A stretch of DNA of 64,000 nucleotides from a virus. Position 1 is the first letter of the stretch, and each line of letters begins with the position of its first letter. The position numbers were made by a program, and so were the translations under genes. The stretch covers positions 32,001-96,000 of the IMG/VR virus record IMGVR_UViG_3300025133_000036. The stretch is one strand, 5' to 3'. This document shows, one piece after another, positions 51,469-59,486 of this stretch. The notes below the pieces were generated by a model that worked only from the letters and a program-made list of their open reading frames with translations, did no database searches and was not told where the DNA came from.

Positions 51469-52764
51469 ATGGTTATAGAATCTCAATCAATGTATGATGA
51501 CATGTTACGACATATTGCTGGCAAAGAGGTGTATGCAGTTGCGATAAGAGATGATTTTAGAACACATCCGGCCGAATCTATTCCTATTATTTTTTCAATA
51601 TCTTGTGAAACTAAAATTTATGATATAGTATTTGACCATAGTGAATCAATGTCAAATAATTTAGATTTTACGCTATTATCATGTGCAAAACGTTTTTATG
51701 TTGAAGACATTAAACAGTTTTACCATCTCACAAAATTTAAAAACATATATGATGTCAAATTAAATTGCTGGATAAACGATAAACAATTTAAAGAAATAGA
51801 ATTACCAAAAGTATTCTCTCATATTTATTCTAATGCACCGGTAAATAGAGAGTCAAATAAAATAGTTCCACTATTTAAGGTTTTAGAGTATTCGCGTAAC
51901 AAGCTTGCAAACGTTTTATTTCACTGTAATTCATTAGGCGTTTCTAAGCCGTTTTTAAAATATAACGATGCATTAATTCAATTGGCGATCGTGGAATCAA
52001 ACGGTTTAAGAATTACTCCAGGATCCTATCATACTACTTTTAAAAACGGATATGCATTTAGTAATTACAATATACATACTGTAACCGGAAGACCTTCAAA
52101 TACATTTAATAATATTAATTTTGGTGCACTTAATAAATCTGATGGTACTAGGACCGCATTTATTTCTCGACATAAAAACGGCATGCTGATTGAAATGGAC
52201 TATGACGCATACCATTTAAGACTTTTAGCAGACATATTAGATTGGGATTTTCCCAAGCATAAGTCAGTACATCAATATTTTGCAGATGAAGTTTATCATT
52301 GTGAATATAAAGAAGCAAAGAAATTATCATTTCAAATGTTATACGGTCAAATACAAACAACAGCTGAAAGAAACCCCTTTTTTTACGGTGTAGATAGGCT
52401 GTCTCAAGTACTGCTCGATTCTTTTACATCTGATAAATGTCTAAAATCTCATATTTATGGAAAAGAATTTTGTTTAAAGAATGTTGAAGATCTTAATAGG
52501 AGCAAACTATTAAATTATTTTATTCAATCTTTTGAAACTGAAAGAAACTTAAATGTGATAAAATCTGTCAACAAATTTCTTAAGACTAAGAGAACTAAAA
52601 TGACATTATATACTTATGATAGTTTTTTGTTTGATTTTGATATTAATGAGGGACTAAATACATTGAAAGAATTAAAAGCACTATTAGAATCCGGCGGCTA
52701 CCCTATCAAAGCAAAAGCCGGTCAAACGTATCATGATATGAATGACATTACCGGGAGGTTATAA
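51469..52764 (+). CDS. Compact, divergent family A DNA polymerase
   Basis: TVTGRPSN...INF; motif A DYDAYHLRLLA; motif B AKKLSFQMLYG; motif C YTYDSFLFD. Confidence 0.8.
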   Translation: MVIESQSMYDDMLRHIAGKEVYAVAIRDDFRTHPAESIPIIFSISCETKIYDIVFDHSESMSNNLDFTLLSCAKRFYVEDIKQFYHLTKFKNIYDVKLNCWINDKQFKEIELPKVFSHIYSNAPVNRESNKIVPLFKVLEYSRNKLANVLFHCNSLGVSKPFLKYNDALIQLAIVESNGLRITPGSYHTTFKNGYAFSNYNIHTVTGRPSNTFNNINFGALNKSDGTRTAFISRHKNGMLIEMDYDAYHLRLLADILDWDFPKHKSVHQYFADEVYHCEYKEAKKLSFQMLYGQIQTTAERNPFFYGVDRLSQVLLDSFTSDKCLKSHIYGKEFCLKNVEDLNRSKLLNYFIQSFETERNLNVIKSVNKFLKTKRTKMTLYTYDSFLFDFDINEGLNTLKELKALLESGGYPIKAKAGQTYHDMNDITGRL

Positions 52765-54971
52765 TGATACCAAAAAAATATAAAACTATGATAGCTGATG
52801 CACTAACTAGAGCATCTTATCGTACAAAAAATGGAATGATAGATCTATCAAACGATTTAGATTTATTCATAGTTGTTGAAGAATTACGTAAAGAATTTTC
52901 GGAAGATATAATTCAAAAAGCGTTATTTATTGAAATTTCTCAAAATGATGATGATTATACAAATATTGGCGGTTCTGGTTATGTATTGACAAAAGCTCTC
53001 CCAGATGATTGGGACCAAGAAAAAGATGGTATCCCTTCTGATGCTCAACGGTTCACTAAAGGTAAAGATGGAAAATATAGTTCTTCAGGAAAGGAGAAGA
53101 AGGTGAAGGCTACATCACAAGCTTTAAGCCCACAGGATTTTCCAGAAATGGGAGACGAGGGTAAACCTGACGTTGATCCAAAACAAGTTGAAAAAGATAA
53201 GAAAAAAGCCGAAAAATTAGAAAGAGAAACAGAAGCTAAAAAAGAAGTTGTTAAAACTGAAACGAGTGGAACACTTGACCAGGTAGCATGGGAAAACGAT
53301 ACAGATCAAGAAGAGTTTCAAACTGCATTTGATAAACTCGTCAATGGTGAAGAGCTCACTGAAGAAGAACTAGCAATGATAAATAAATATGCAGCCGTAA
53401 AAGACAGCGATAGTGAAGCTGCCCTTTATTTGCCAAATCAAACGCCAGGTGATTTTAGACAAGGAGCAAGGGTTAAAGTAGAATTGGGAGGCAGTGCGGC
53501 AGCAAAAAGAGTATTGGCTCAAATGGTTGAAAATGGAATCCAAACTGCAGATCCTGTTACAACAGCTGAATCAGTACCAGCGAAATTGAAAACAAAAGAT
53601 GCTACATTAGGTAAAATATCGGGTGGAAAAACAAAATCACATACAATAACAACTGAAAAAGATAAAGACGGTAGGGTTATTTCTGTAACAGTTGCAGGTA
53701 AGGTTATGCGAAGGCAGCTTGAGCCTGATGCTGATGTACTCATTAAAGAAGTTGTTGAAATGATTGATCAAGGGAAATCTCCCGAAGACGCTGCACGTGA
53801 AGCGCAAAAAATCCTTGCTGGAATAAAACGATACAATAATTTAATTGATAAGTACGCATCTGCAGATCCTGCAGTAATGGAAACAGTTGAACTCGTCCCA
53901 GGCGCGGATGTATCTACACCAGAAGGAAGAAATAGAGTTGCTTCAGAAGGTCCAGGCATAGTAGCGGATGCATTAGAAAAAATGATAGATGACCCTACTG
54001 AAGCTGAACGGAAAGTACTTGATAGGATCAGAAAATTAGGTGATATTGAAGACGCAGAAGAATATGAACGTGAAGCCATGGCTATTTTAAAACGTATGGG
54101 TGAAATTTCATCTATTAAAAAAGGAGCTCCTGATGTTGCTGAAGCATTAGTATTATGCGCAATGAATAAAAAGGGTATACCAACTGTAGCGCCAGCAGGA
54201 GAAACTTTTAAGGTTGCAGATTTAATACAATTAGCTGAAGAAGATCTAGATCCTACAGATCCGGAATATTTACAAAAATTAGCAGCTGGTGGACCAGTTG
54301 TAGTATTTATGACAACTGCTGGTGGATTAAGTGTTAAAAAAGATGGCGGCGCTGCATCAGGGTTTGAAGCAAAATTAGGAATGACAACGTTTAAGCTTCC
54401 TGAAACAAAAAACATGCTAACAGCAATTTTAGACCACCACAATCATGGCATTGCAACTACAAAGAAGGGTGAAGAGTTATCTCCAACAAGAATAGCGACA
54501 GCAAAAAAGAAATTAGATGAAGTTGAAAAATGGGCCAGAGAAAATGATTTAGTTGATGATAACGATTTAAAATTTAAAGATGGTAGATCACCGGAAGAAT
54601 GGGCAACTGATAGCGTTGCGGATTGGCAAGCAAAAGGTACATTACCACCAGATTGTCCAACAAAAAACGCTAAAGGTGAGTGCCTATCGGACGATAATAA
54701 GAAGAATTTGATCGACGGTCTTCACCAATACGCTCGGGGCGGGTTACTAGCTCAAGCAATTCACAATAACGATTTAGATTTCCAAGATTATCATAACGCA
54801 AACGCAAATACTAGAACTGGTGAAATTGAACTTAGTGATGGAATTGAGTGTTTAAATGATATGCAATTTTCTGCTAATCCAGGCTTTAAAATGAAAAAAG
54901 ATAAAAACGGAAATTTTATAATGCGACCTAACGCTGTTTATGCCGGTAATTTACACAAGCGCTGCAGATGA
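52764..54971 (+). CDS. Large hypothetical protein, possible PD-(D/E)xK-like C-terminal domain
   Basis: 735 aa; AEALV...PAGETFKVADL...GLSVK spacing is reminiscent of a restriction-endonuclease-like fold. Confidence 0.55.
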   Translation: MIPKKYKTMIADALTRASYRTKNGMIDLSNDLDLFIVVEELRKEFSEDIIQKALFIEISQNDDDYTNIGGSGYVLTKALPDDWDQEKDGIPSDAQRFTKGKDGKYSSSGKEKKVKATSQALSPQDFPEMGDEGKPDVDPKQVEKDKKKAEKLERETEAKKEVVKTETSGTLDQVAWENDTDQEEFQTAFDKLVNGEELTEEELAMINKYAAVKDSDSEAALYLPNQTPGDFRQGARVKVELGGSAAAKRVLAQMVENGIQTADPVTTAESVPAKLKTKDATLGKISGGKTKSHTITTEKDKDGRVISVTVAGKVMRRQLEPDADVLIKEVVEMIDQGKSPEDAAREAQKILAGIKRYNNLIDKYASADPAVMETVELVPGADVSTPEGRNRVASEGPGIVADALEKMIDDPTEAERKVLDRIRKLGDIEDAEEYEREAMAILKRMGEISSIKKGAPDVAEALVLCAMNKKGIPTVAPAGETFKVADLIQLAEEDLDPTDPEYLQKLAAGGPVVVFMTTAGGLSVKKDGGAASGFEAKLGMTTFKLPETKNMLTAILDHHNHGIATTKKGEELSPTRIATAKKKLDEVEKWARENDLVDDNDLKFKDGRSPEEWATDSVADWQAKGTLPPDCPTKNAKGECLSDDNKKNLIDGLHQYARGGLLAQAIHNNDLDFQDYHNANANTRTGEIELSDGIECLNDMQFSANPGFKMKKDKNGNFIMRPNAVYAGNLHKRCR

Positions 54972-55369
54972 TTAAACTAAAAGGCATATTAATGGAAGAT
55001 AAGATTGTGGATACCGCCGGTATAATAGTACGTTCAGATGCCGGCATTATTTTATGTAAAGAAAGAAATAGTGATTATCAATGGGGAATTCCAAAGGGTA
55101 AAGTTGACCCAGGTGAAACACCGATACATGCGGCATGCCGTGAGACGCTTGAAGAAGCTTCAATATTAGTTAAAGTAAATGGAAGCCATTTAAACACACC
55201 GGTCGAGGAAGTTAAAATTGCAAAAAATTCTAGAGGAGGTAAGTTTTTTATCTATGAATGCACTTTAAAACTATCAATAATACCAAATAAAAGTTTAGAA
55301 CACGATGAAGTAAAATATTTTAGAAACCTTCCAGAAAATATTGACACACGATTAGAAGGATTATTATAA
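54968..55369 (+). CDS. NUDIX hydrolase
   Basis: Nudix box WGIPKGKVDPGETPIHAACRETLEE. Confidence 0.9.
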   Translation: MIKLKGILMEDKIVDTAGIIVRSDAGIILCKERNSDYQWGIPKGKVDPGETPIHAACRETLEEASILVKVNGSHLNTPVEEVKIAKNSRGGKFFIYECTLKLSIIPNKSLEHDEVKYFRNLPENIDTRLEGLL

Positions 55370-55758
55370 TGAAAACACAATTACTATGCACTTTTTGCGT
55401 AAAACACGAATTTGACACAACTGTTGACCTAATATCTTTAGCTGCAAACGTTGTATTTAATAAAATATATGCGTTTGAAAATCTAGACGATCCTCAGCAA
55501 ATAATTTGTACTTATAATGTAGAAAAATTGGATGACTTTGTTCAAAACAATAAAACAATGGCGATCCACCGGAAAAAAGAAACTAATACTTTATATACTA
55601 TAAATGCTTTAAATGAAGCAATTCGTGAGAATAATGATGGAGTATTAGATAAGTCTTTTTCTTTAGACTGGTCAATGTATCAAAACAGTTTACTTCTTAC
55701 GAACGATAAAGGTCTTAACGTTGTAAAAACAAAATTATATAAAATTGTAAACGTCTAG
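55369..55758 (+). CDS. Conserved-looking hypothetical protein
   Basis: 129 aa; LLCTF, ICTYNV and HRKKETNTLYTINALN. Confidence 0.75.
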   Translation: MKTQLLCTFCVKHEFDTTVDLISLAANVVFNKIYAFENLDDPQQIICTYNVEKLDDFVQNNKTMAIHRKKETNTLYTINALNEAIRENNDGVLDKSFSLDWSMYQNSLLLTNDKGLNVVKTKLYKIVNV

Positions 55759-55766
55759 GACCTCCC

Positions 55767-56000
55767 ATGGAAATTTCAATCGAATATTGTATGCAATGAA
55801 ATTACGAGCCACGAGCCTTCAGGTTGAGGGACGAACTTGGAATTAAATATCCGAATATTGATGATTTTGATATGATACAATCAAAGGGCGGAGTATTCGA
55901 AATTAAACAAATAAACTCATCTAGCGATGAAATATTGCTATTTAGTAAAATTGCCACAGGAAGATTTCCACATCAAGATGAAATAAAAATAAAGTTATAA
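55767..56000 (+). CDS. SelW/SelT/SelH (Rdx family) selenoprotein, 77 aa, Sec encoded by in-frame TGA at 55797-55799
   Basis: Not in the ORF track. After an AGGA SD it reads MEISIEYCMQ-U-NYEPRAFRLRDELGIKYPNIDDFDMIQSKGGVFEIKQINSSSDEILLFSKIATGRFPHQDEIKIKL. It has CxxU, GGVFEI and FSK...GRFP Rdx motifs. Confidence 0.88.
55812..55833 (+). promoter_or_regulatory. Bacterial-type SECIS hairpin
   Basis: CG-ag-CCTTC-AGGTT-GAGGG-a-CG; the apical loop begins about 22 nt after the UGA and contains GU. Confidence 0.7.
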
Positions 56001-56067
56001 AAAACCTGCTTTTCGCCTTTTAATATTATATATATTTTATTACACTTACAAATGTAATAGTTTTTTG

Positions 56068-56495
56068 AAAATTTGAATTTTTTGGAAAGTACAGAGGAGT
56101 AATTAACTCTGTATGGGATTGGCCGAACAATGAGTGGATGAAGAAGCTCATAAGGCAATCTACCTTCAGATCTATAGTGGATCGGTATTCGGGCAAAATG
56201 CACAATATCTTACGACAGTATTGAGGGCTAATGTACTTCTAGAAAAACTTAAAGAACAGCGATTCTTTGACCTTGTTGTGGGTAAGGGTAATACCGAAAT
56301 CCCACCAAGCTGGCTGAATAATCCAAACTTAGAGGGATAAGGCTCCTAACAGAGGTTGTGCTCGCTCAAATGTAAGGTAACACTTATGAGGAGAATCGAC
56401 TTAACCGTCGGGGAAAGGGAACAAGGTAGAAAAATCTAAGCTAGAAGTTGTAGTGTAATCGCAAATCCTACATCCTACCAAATAATTCAGATTTT
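56068..56495 (+). ncRNA. Candidate large structured non-coding RNA (~428 nt), family unassigned
   Basis: 18-bp terminal stem 56068-56085/56478-56495 (one mismatch, one GU), several perfect 7-8-bp internal and long-range helices, a probable pseudoknot, higher GC than the flanks, and a promoter-like ATATATATT at 56028. Confidence 0.75.
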
Positions 56496-56560
56496 GACAA
56501 TGTAACTGTATATATATTAATGTAAATAAACAATGACAAATAAAAATAGGAGTAAATGTT

Positions 56561-57316
56561 ATGGATATTACCGCCATTAAGGCTCGCCTTAATCAACTTC
56601 AACAAGTTAATACAAGAACCTCTTCACTGTGGAAACCTTCACCAGGAAAATCTCAAGTGCGTATAGTACCTTATAAGCACAATCCGGATTCGCCATTTAT
56701 TGAATTATATTTCCATTATGATATCGGTGAAAGATCATACTTGTCACCTGCATCATTTGGCCGTCCAGATCCAATTGAAGAATTTGCAGTTAAGTTGAAA
56801 ACATCTGGAAATAAAGACGATTACAAATTAGGAAGAAAAATCGAGGCTAAAATGCGTACTTTCGCACCTGTTATAGTCCGCGGTGAAGAATCCGAAGGTG
56901 TAAAGTTTTGGGGTTTTGGTAAAACAGTTTATCAAGAGCTTCTTTCTATCATTGCAGATCCAGATTATGGTGATATTACTGATCCAGTAAGTGGTCGCGA
57001 TATTGTAGTTGAGTTTAAAACTAAAGAAGAAACTGGTAAGTCATTTCCAATGACGGCTGTTCGTGCAAAACCAAATCAAACTCCGGTAACGGAAGATCCT
57101 GAGGTTATGAAGACAATCAAAGACACTCAAAAACAAATTACTGAGATTTACCAAGAGCAATCTTATGATGATTTAAAAGAAGTCCTAAGTGGATTTCTAA
57201 ATCAAGAATCAGAGCTCAGTGATAGTGACTTAAATACTGATGCAGTAAAGACTCCAGTTAAAGCTGGTAAAACTGAAGATGTATCGAGTGCTTTTGACGA
57301 TCTATTCAACAACTAG
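56561..57316 (+). CDS. Single-stranded DNA-binding protein (gp32-like)
   Basis: LWKPSPG..VRIVP, FGRPDPI, FWGFGKTVY and DITDPVSGRDI; acidic/aromatic tail SAFDDLFNN. Confidence 0.85.
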   Translation: MDITAIKARLNQLQQVNTRTSSLWKPSPGKSQVRIVPYKHNPDSPFIELYFHYDIGERSYLSPASFGRPDPIEEFAVKLKTSGNKDDYKLGRKIEAKMRTFAPVIVRGEESEGVKFWGFGKTVYQELLSIIADPDYGDITDPVSGRDIVVEFKTKEETGKSFPMTAVRAKPNQTPVTEDPEVMKTIKDTQKQITEIYQEQSYDDLKEVLSGFLNQESELSDSDLNTDAVKTPVKAGKTEDVSSAFDDLFNN

Positions 57317-57330
57317 AAACAAATAAACGA

Positions 57331-57356
57331 TTCGGAGCCCTAATTAGGGCTCCGAA
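57331..57356. other. Perfect 26-bp palindrome/hairpin between ssb and recA
   Basis: TTCGGAGCCCTAATTAGGGCTCCGAA; no U-tract follows. Confidence 0.85.
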
Positions 57357-57373
57357 CTACAAAGGGGAATAAT

Positions 57374-58480
57374 ATGCCTAAAAAGAACAAAGATTCATTG
57401 GCGGTTGATTTAGCGGCTTCATTGAATAGTAAATTTAAAGGTCAAAAAGTTGCGTATTTCTTAGATGGAAAACACCAAACACCTACAGATGTAACAGACT
57501 TTATCTCAACCGGTTCATCAATGCTAGATTTAGCAATATCTAATCAAGCGGATGGTGGAATAGCCGTAGGAAGAATTACAGAAATTAACGGTTTATCTTC
57601 AACAGGTAAATCTTTATTAGGTGCACACATACTTGCTGAAACACAAAAGAACGATGGTGTTGCCGTTTATATTGATACTGAAACATCTGTAAGTCGACAA
57701 TTTTTAGAAGCCATTGGATGTGATATTCCAAATTTACTTTATCTTCATATTGAAACAGTAGAACAAATTTTTCAAGCAATAGAAGATATTATTTTAAAAG
57801 TTAGAGAGTCTGATAAAGACAAACAGGTTACAATTCTTGTAGATAGTTTAGCTGCAGCATCAACTGATGTCGAAATGGAATCAGATTACGGTAAAGACGG
57901 TTGGGCAACAACCAAAGCTCTTATTGTTTCAAAAGCTCTACGAAAACTTACACAGCTAATTGGACGACACAAAATTACTTTAGTTTTTACAAATCAATTA
58001 AGACAAAAATTAGGTGTTATGTTCGGTGATCCATATACTACAAGTGGTGGACTTGCTTTACCATTTCATTCGTCAACGCGTATCAGACTTAAAAATATGG
58101 GCCAGATAAAAGATAAAGAAAAAAATGTTATCGGTGTTAAATGTAGAGCTCAAATTATTAAAAATAGAATTGGACCTCCAATGAGAACTGCGGATTATGA
58201 CATGTATTTCGATCGTGGCATTGATGATGAAGGTGGATGGTTACAAGTTTTAAAAGGATTAGGCTACGCTAAAAGTAGTGGAGCATGGTGGACAATTGAC
58301 TATAAAGGTGAACTTAAAAAATTCATGTCTAAAGATTTTGTCGAAATGCTAAATGATGATTCTGAATTTAAACAATATCTTTACGAGCTAATATGCAGTG
58401 AATCTATCCTCGAATATCAAGAACAACGAGGAATAGATGACGTTGAATTCACAGATGAAGTGATCAACGAAGATGCGTAA
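57374..58480 (+). CDS. recA: RecA/UvsX-like recombinase
   Basis: ISTGS..LD, GRITEI, Walker A GLSSTGKS, YIDTE, VDSLAA, FTNQLRQK and TSGGLALPFHSS. Confidence 0.92.
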   Translation: MPKKNKDSLAVDLAASLNSKFKGQKVAYFLDGKHQTPTDVTDFISTGSSMLDLAISNQADGGIAVGRITEINGLSSTGKSLLGAHILAETQKNDGVAVYIDTETSVSRQFLEAIGCDIPNLLYLHIETVEQIFQAIEDIILKVRESDKDKQVTILVDSLAAASTDVEMESDYGKDGWATTKALIVSKALRKLTQLIGRHKITLVFTNQLRQKLGVMFGDPYTTSGGLALPFHSSTRIRLKNMGQIKDKEKNVIGVKCRAQIIKNRIGPPMRTADYDMYFDRGIDDEGGWLQVLKGLGYAKSSGAWWTIDYKGELKKFMSKDFVEMLNDDSEFKQYLYELICSESILEYQEQRGIDDVEFTDEVINEDA

Positions 58481-59486
58481 GCGATATGCCGACATTTTAA
58501 AACAAATCAATTCGACAGTTAACGTCACATCTACATTAGATGATCATGTTTTACTTGTTGATGGTTTGAATAACTTCATCCGGGCTTGGTCTGCTTCCCC
58601 TGCGACCAACTCGGATGGAGATCATATTGGTGGAATGCTTGGCTTCTTACAAAGTGTTGGATTAGCAATTCGGACTATCCGACCAACAAGAGTCATCATT
58701 GCTTTTGATGGTCCTGGTGGAAGTCAACGAAGACGTAAAATCTATCCAGGTTATAAAGATAAACGAAAACCGCCAAAACGTCCTCATAGATTTAGGGAAA
58801 TGGATAATGAAGATGATCAAGAAAGTCTAAGTAGACAGATAAAACGATTAGGCGAATACCTCCAAAATCTTCCACTAACTTCAGTAACAATACCAAATAT
58901 CGAAGCAGACGATACTATTGGCTACATAGCAAAGTCTCTTCTCAGTAATTCTAAGATAACTATAATGTCTTCGGATAAAGATTTTTTACAATTAGTCGAT
59001 GACAGAATAACCGTATGGTCTCCGACTAAAAAAATCTTATTTGATAGAGCAAAAACAGAATCTGAGTATGAAATGCTTTCAGAGAATTTAGTATATTATA
59101 GAATTATCGATGGAGACAAGTCTGATAATATTCCAGGTATAAAGGGTTACGGATTAAAAACAATACTAAAAAAAGTGCCATTTTTGAAAGATACGAAAAT
59201 AACTAATATTAGTGACTTTATTGTAAATTCCGGACTAACATTGCATAAAGAGCTATTAGAAAGAAATTATACACTAATGCAGTTACATGACGTAAATATA
59301 TCAGGAAATGCAAAATCAAACATAATGGAAATAGTCTCTGCACAGCCAAGCAGATTAGTGAAATATAAGTTGCATACAATGTTTTTAGAAGATAAAATTA
59401 ATCAATCAATTCGAAATCCGGATGTATGGCTTCAAGATACTTTTAACGCGTTAGACTTAGTGATCGCAAATGCCTCCAGTAATTGA
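58473..59486 (+). CDS. 5'-3' exonuclease/flap endonuclease (PolI N-terminal / T4 RNase H-like)
   Basis: LLVDGLN, IAFDG, YPGYK, EADDTIG, SSDKDFLQ and GDKSDNIPGIKGYG. Confidence 0.92.
   Translation: MRKRYADILKQINSTVNVTSTLDDHVLLVDGLNNFIRAWSASPATNSDGDHIGGMLGFLQSVGLAIRTIRPTRVIIAFDGPGGSQRRRKIYPGYKDKRKPPKRPHRFREMDNEDDQESLSRQIKRLGEYLQNLPLTSVTIPNIEADDTIGYIAKSLLSNSKITIMSSDKDFLQLVDDRITVWSPTKKILFDRAKTESEYEMLSENLVYYRIIDGDKSDNIPGIKGYGLKTILKKVPFLKDTKITNISDFIVNSGLTLHKELLERNYTLMQLHDVNISGNAKSNIMEIVSAQPSRLVKYKLHTMFLEDKINQSIRNPDVWLQDTFNALDLVIANASSN

Noticed and set aside
53768-54442. 224-aa antisense ORF (and the 178-aa antisense ORF at 42922-43458)
   Set aside because: Fully nested opposite long sense genes, no motifs, and no other minus-strand genes occur in this window.
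56134-56340. 68-aa ORF (GTG start) and the antisense 76-aa ORF 55973-56203 inside the structured region
   Set aside because: No SD, no recognisable motif, and the dense base pairing is better explained by an RNA element.
56068-56495. RNase P RNA, tmRNA or group I/II intron identity for the structured RNA
   Set aside because: GGAAAGT is present but the GAGGAAAGUCC and matching 3' P4 motifs are not. There are no tRNA-like tmRNA ends, and no interrupted gene or clear intron core; a covariance search is still needed.
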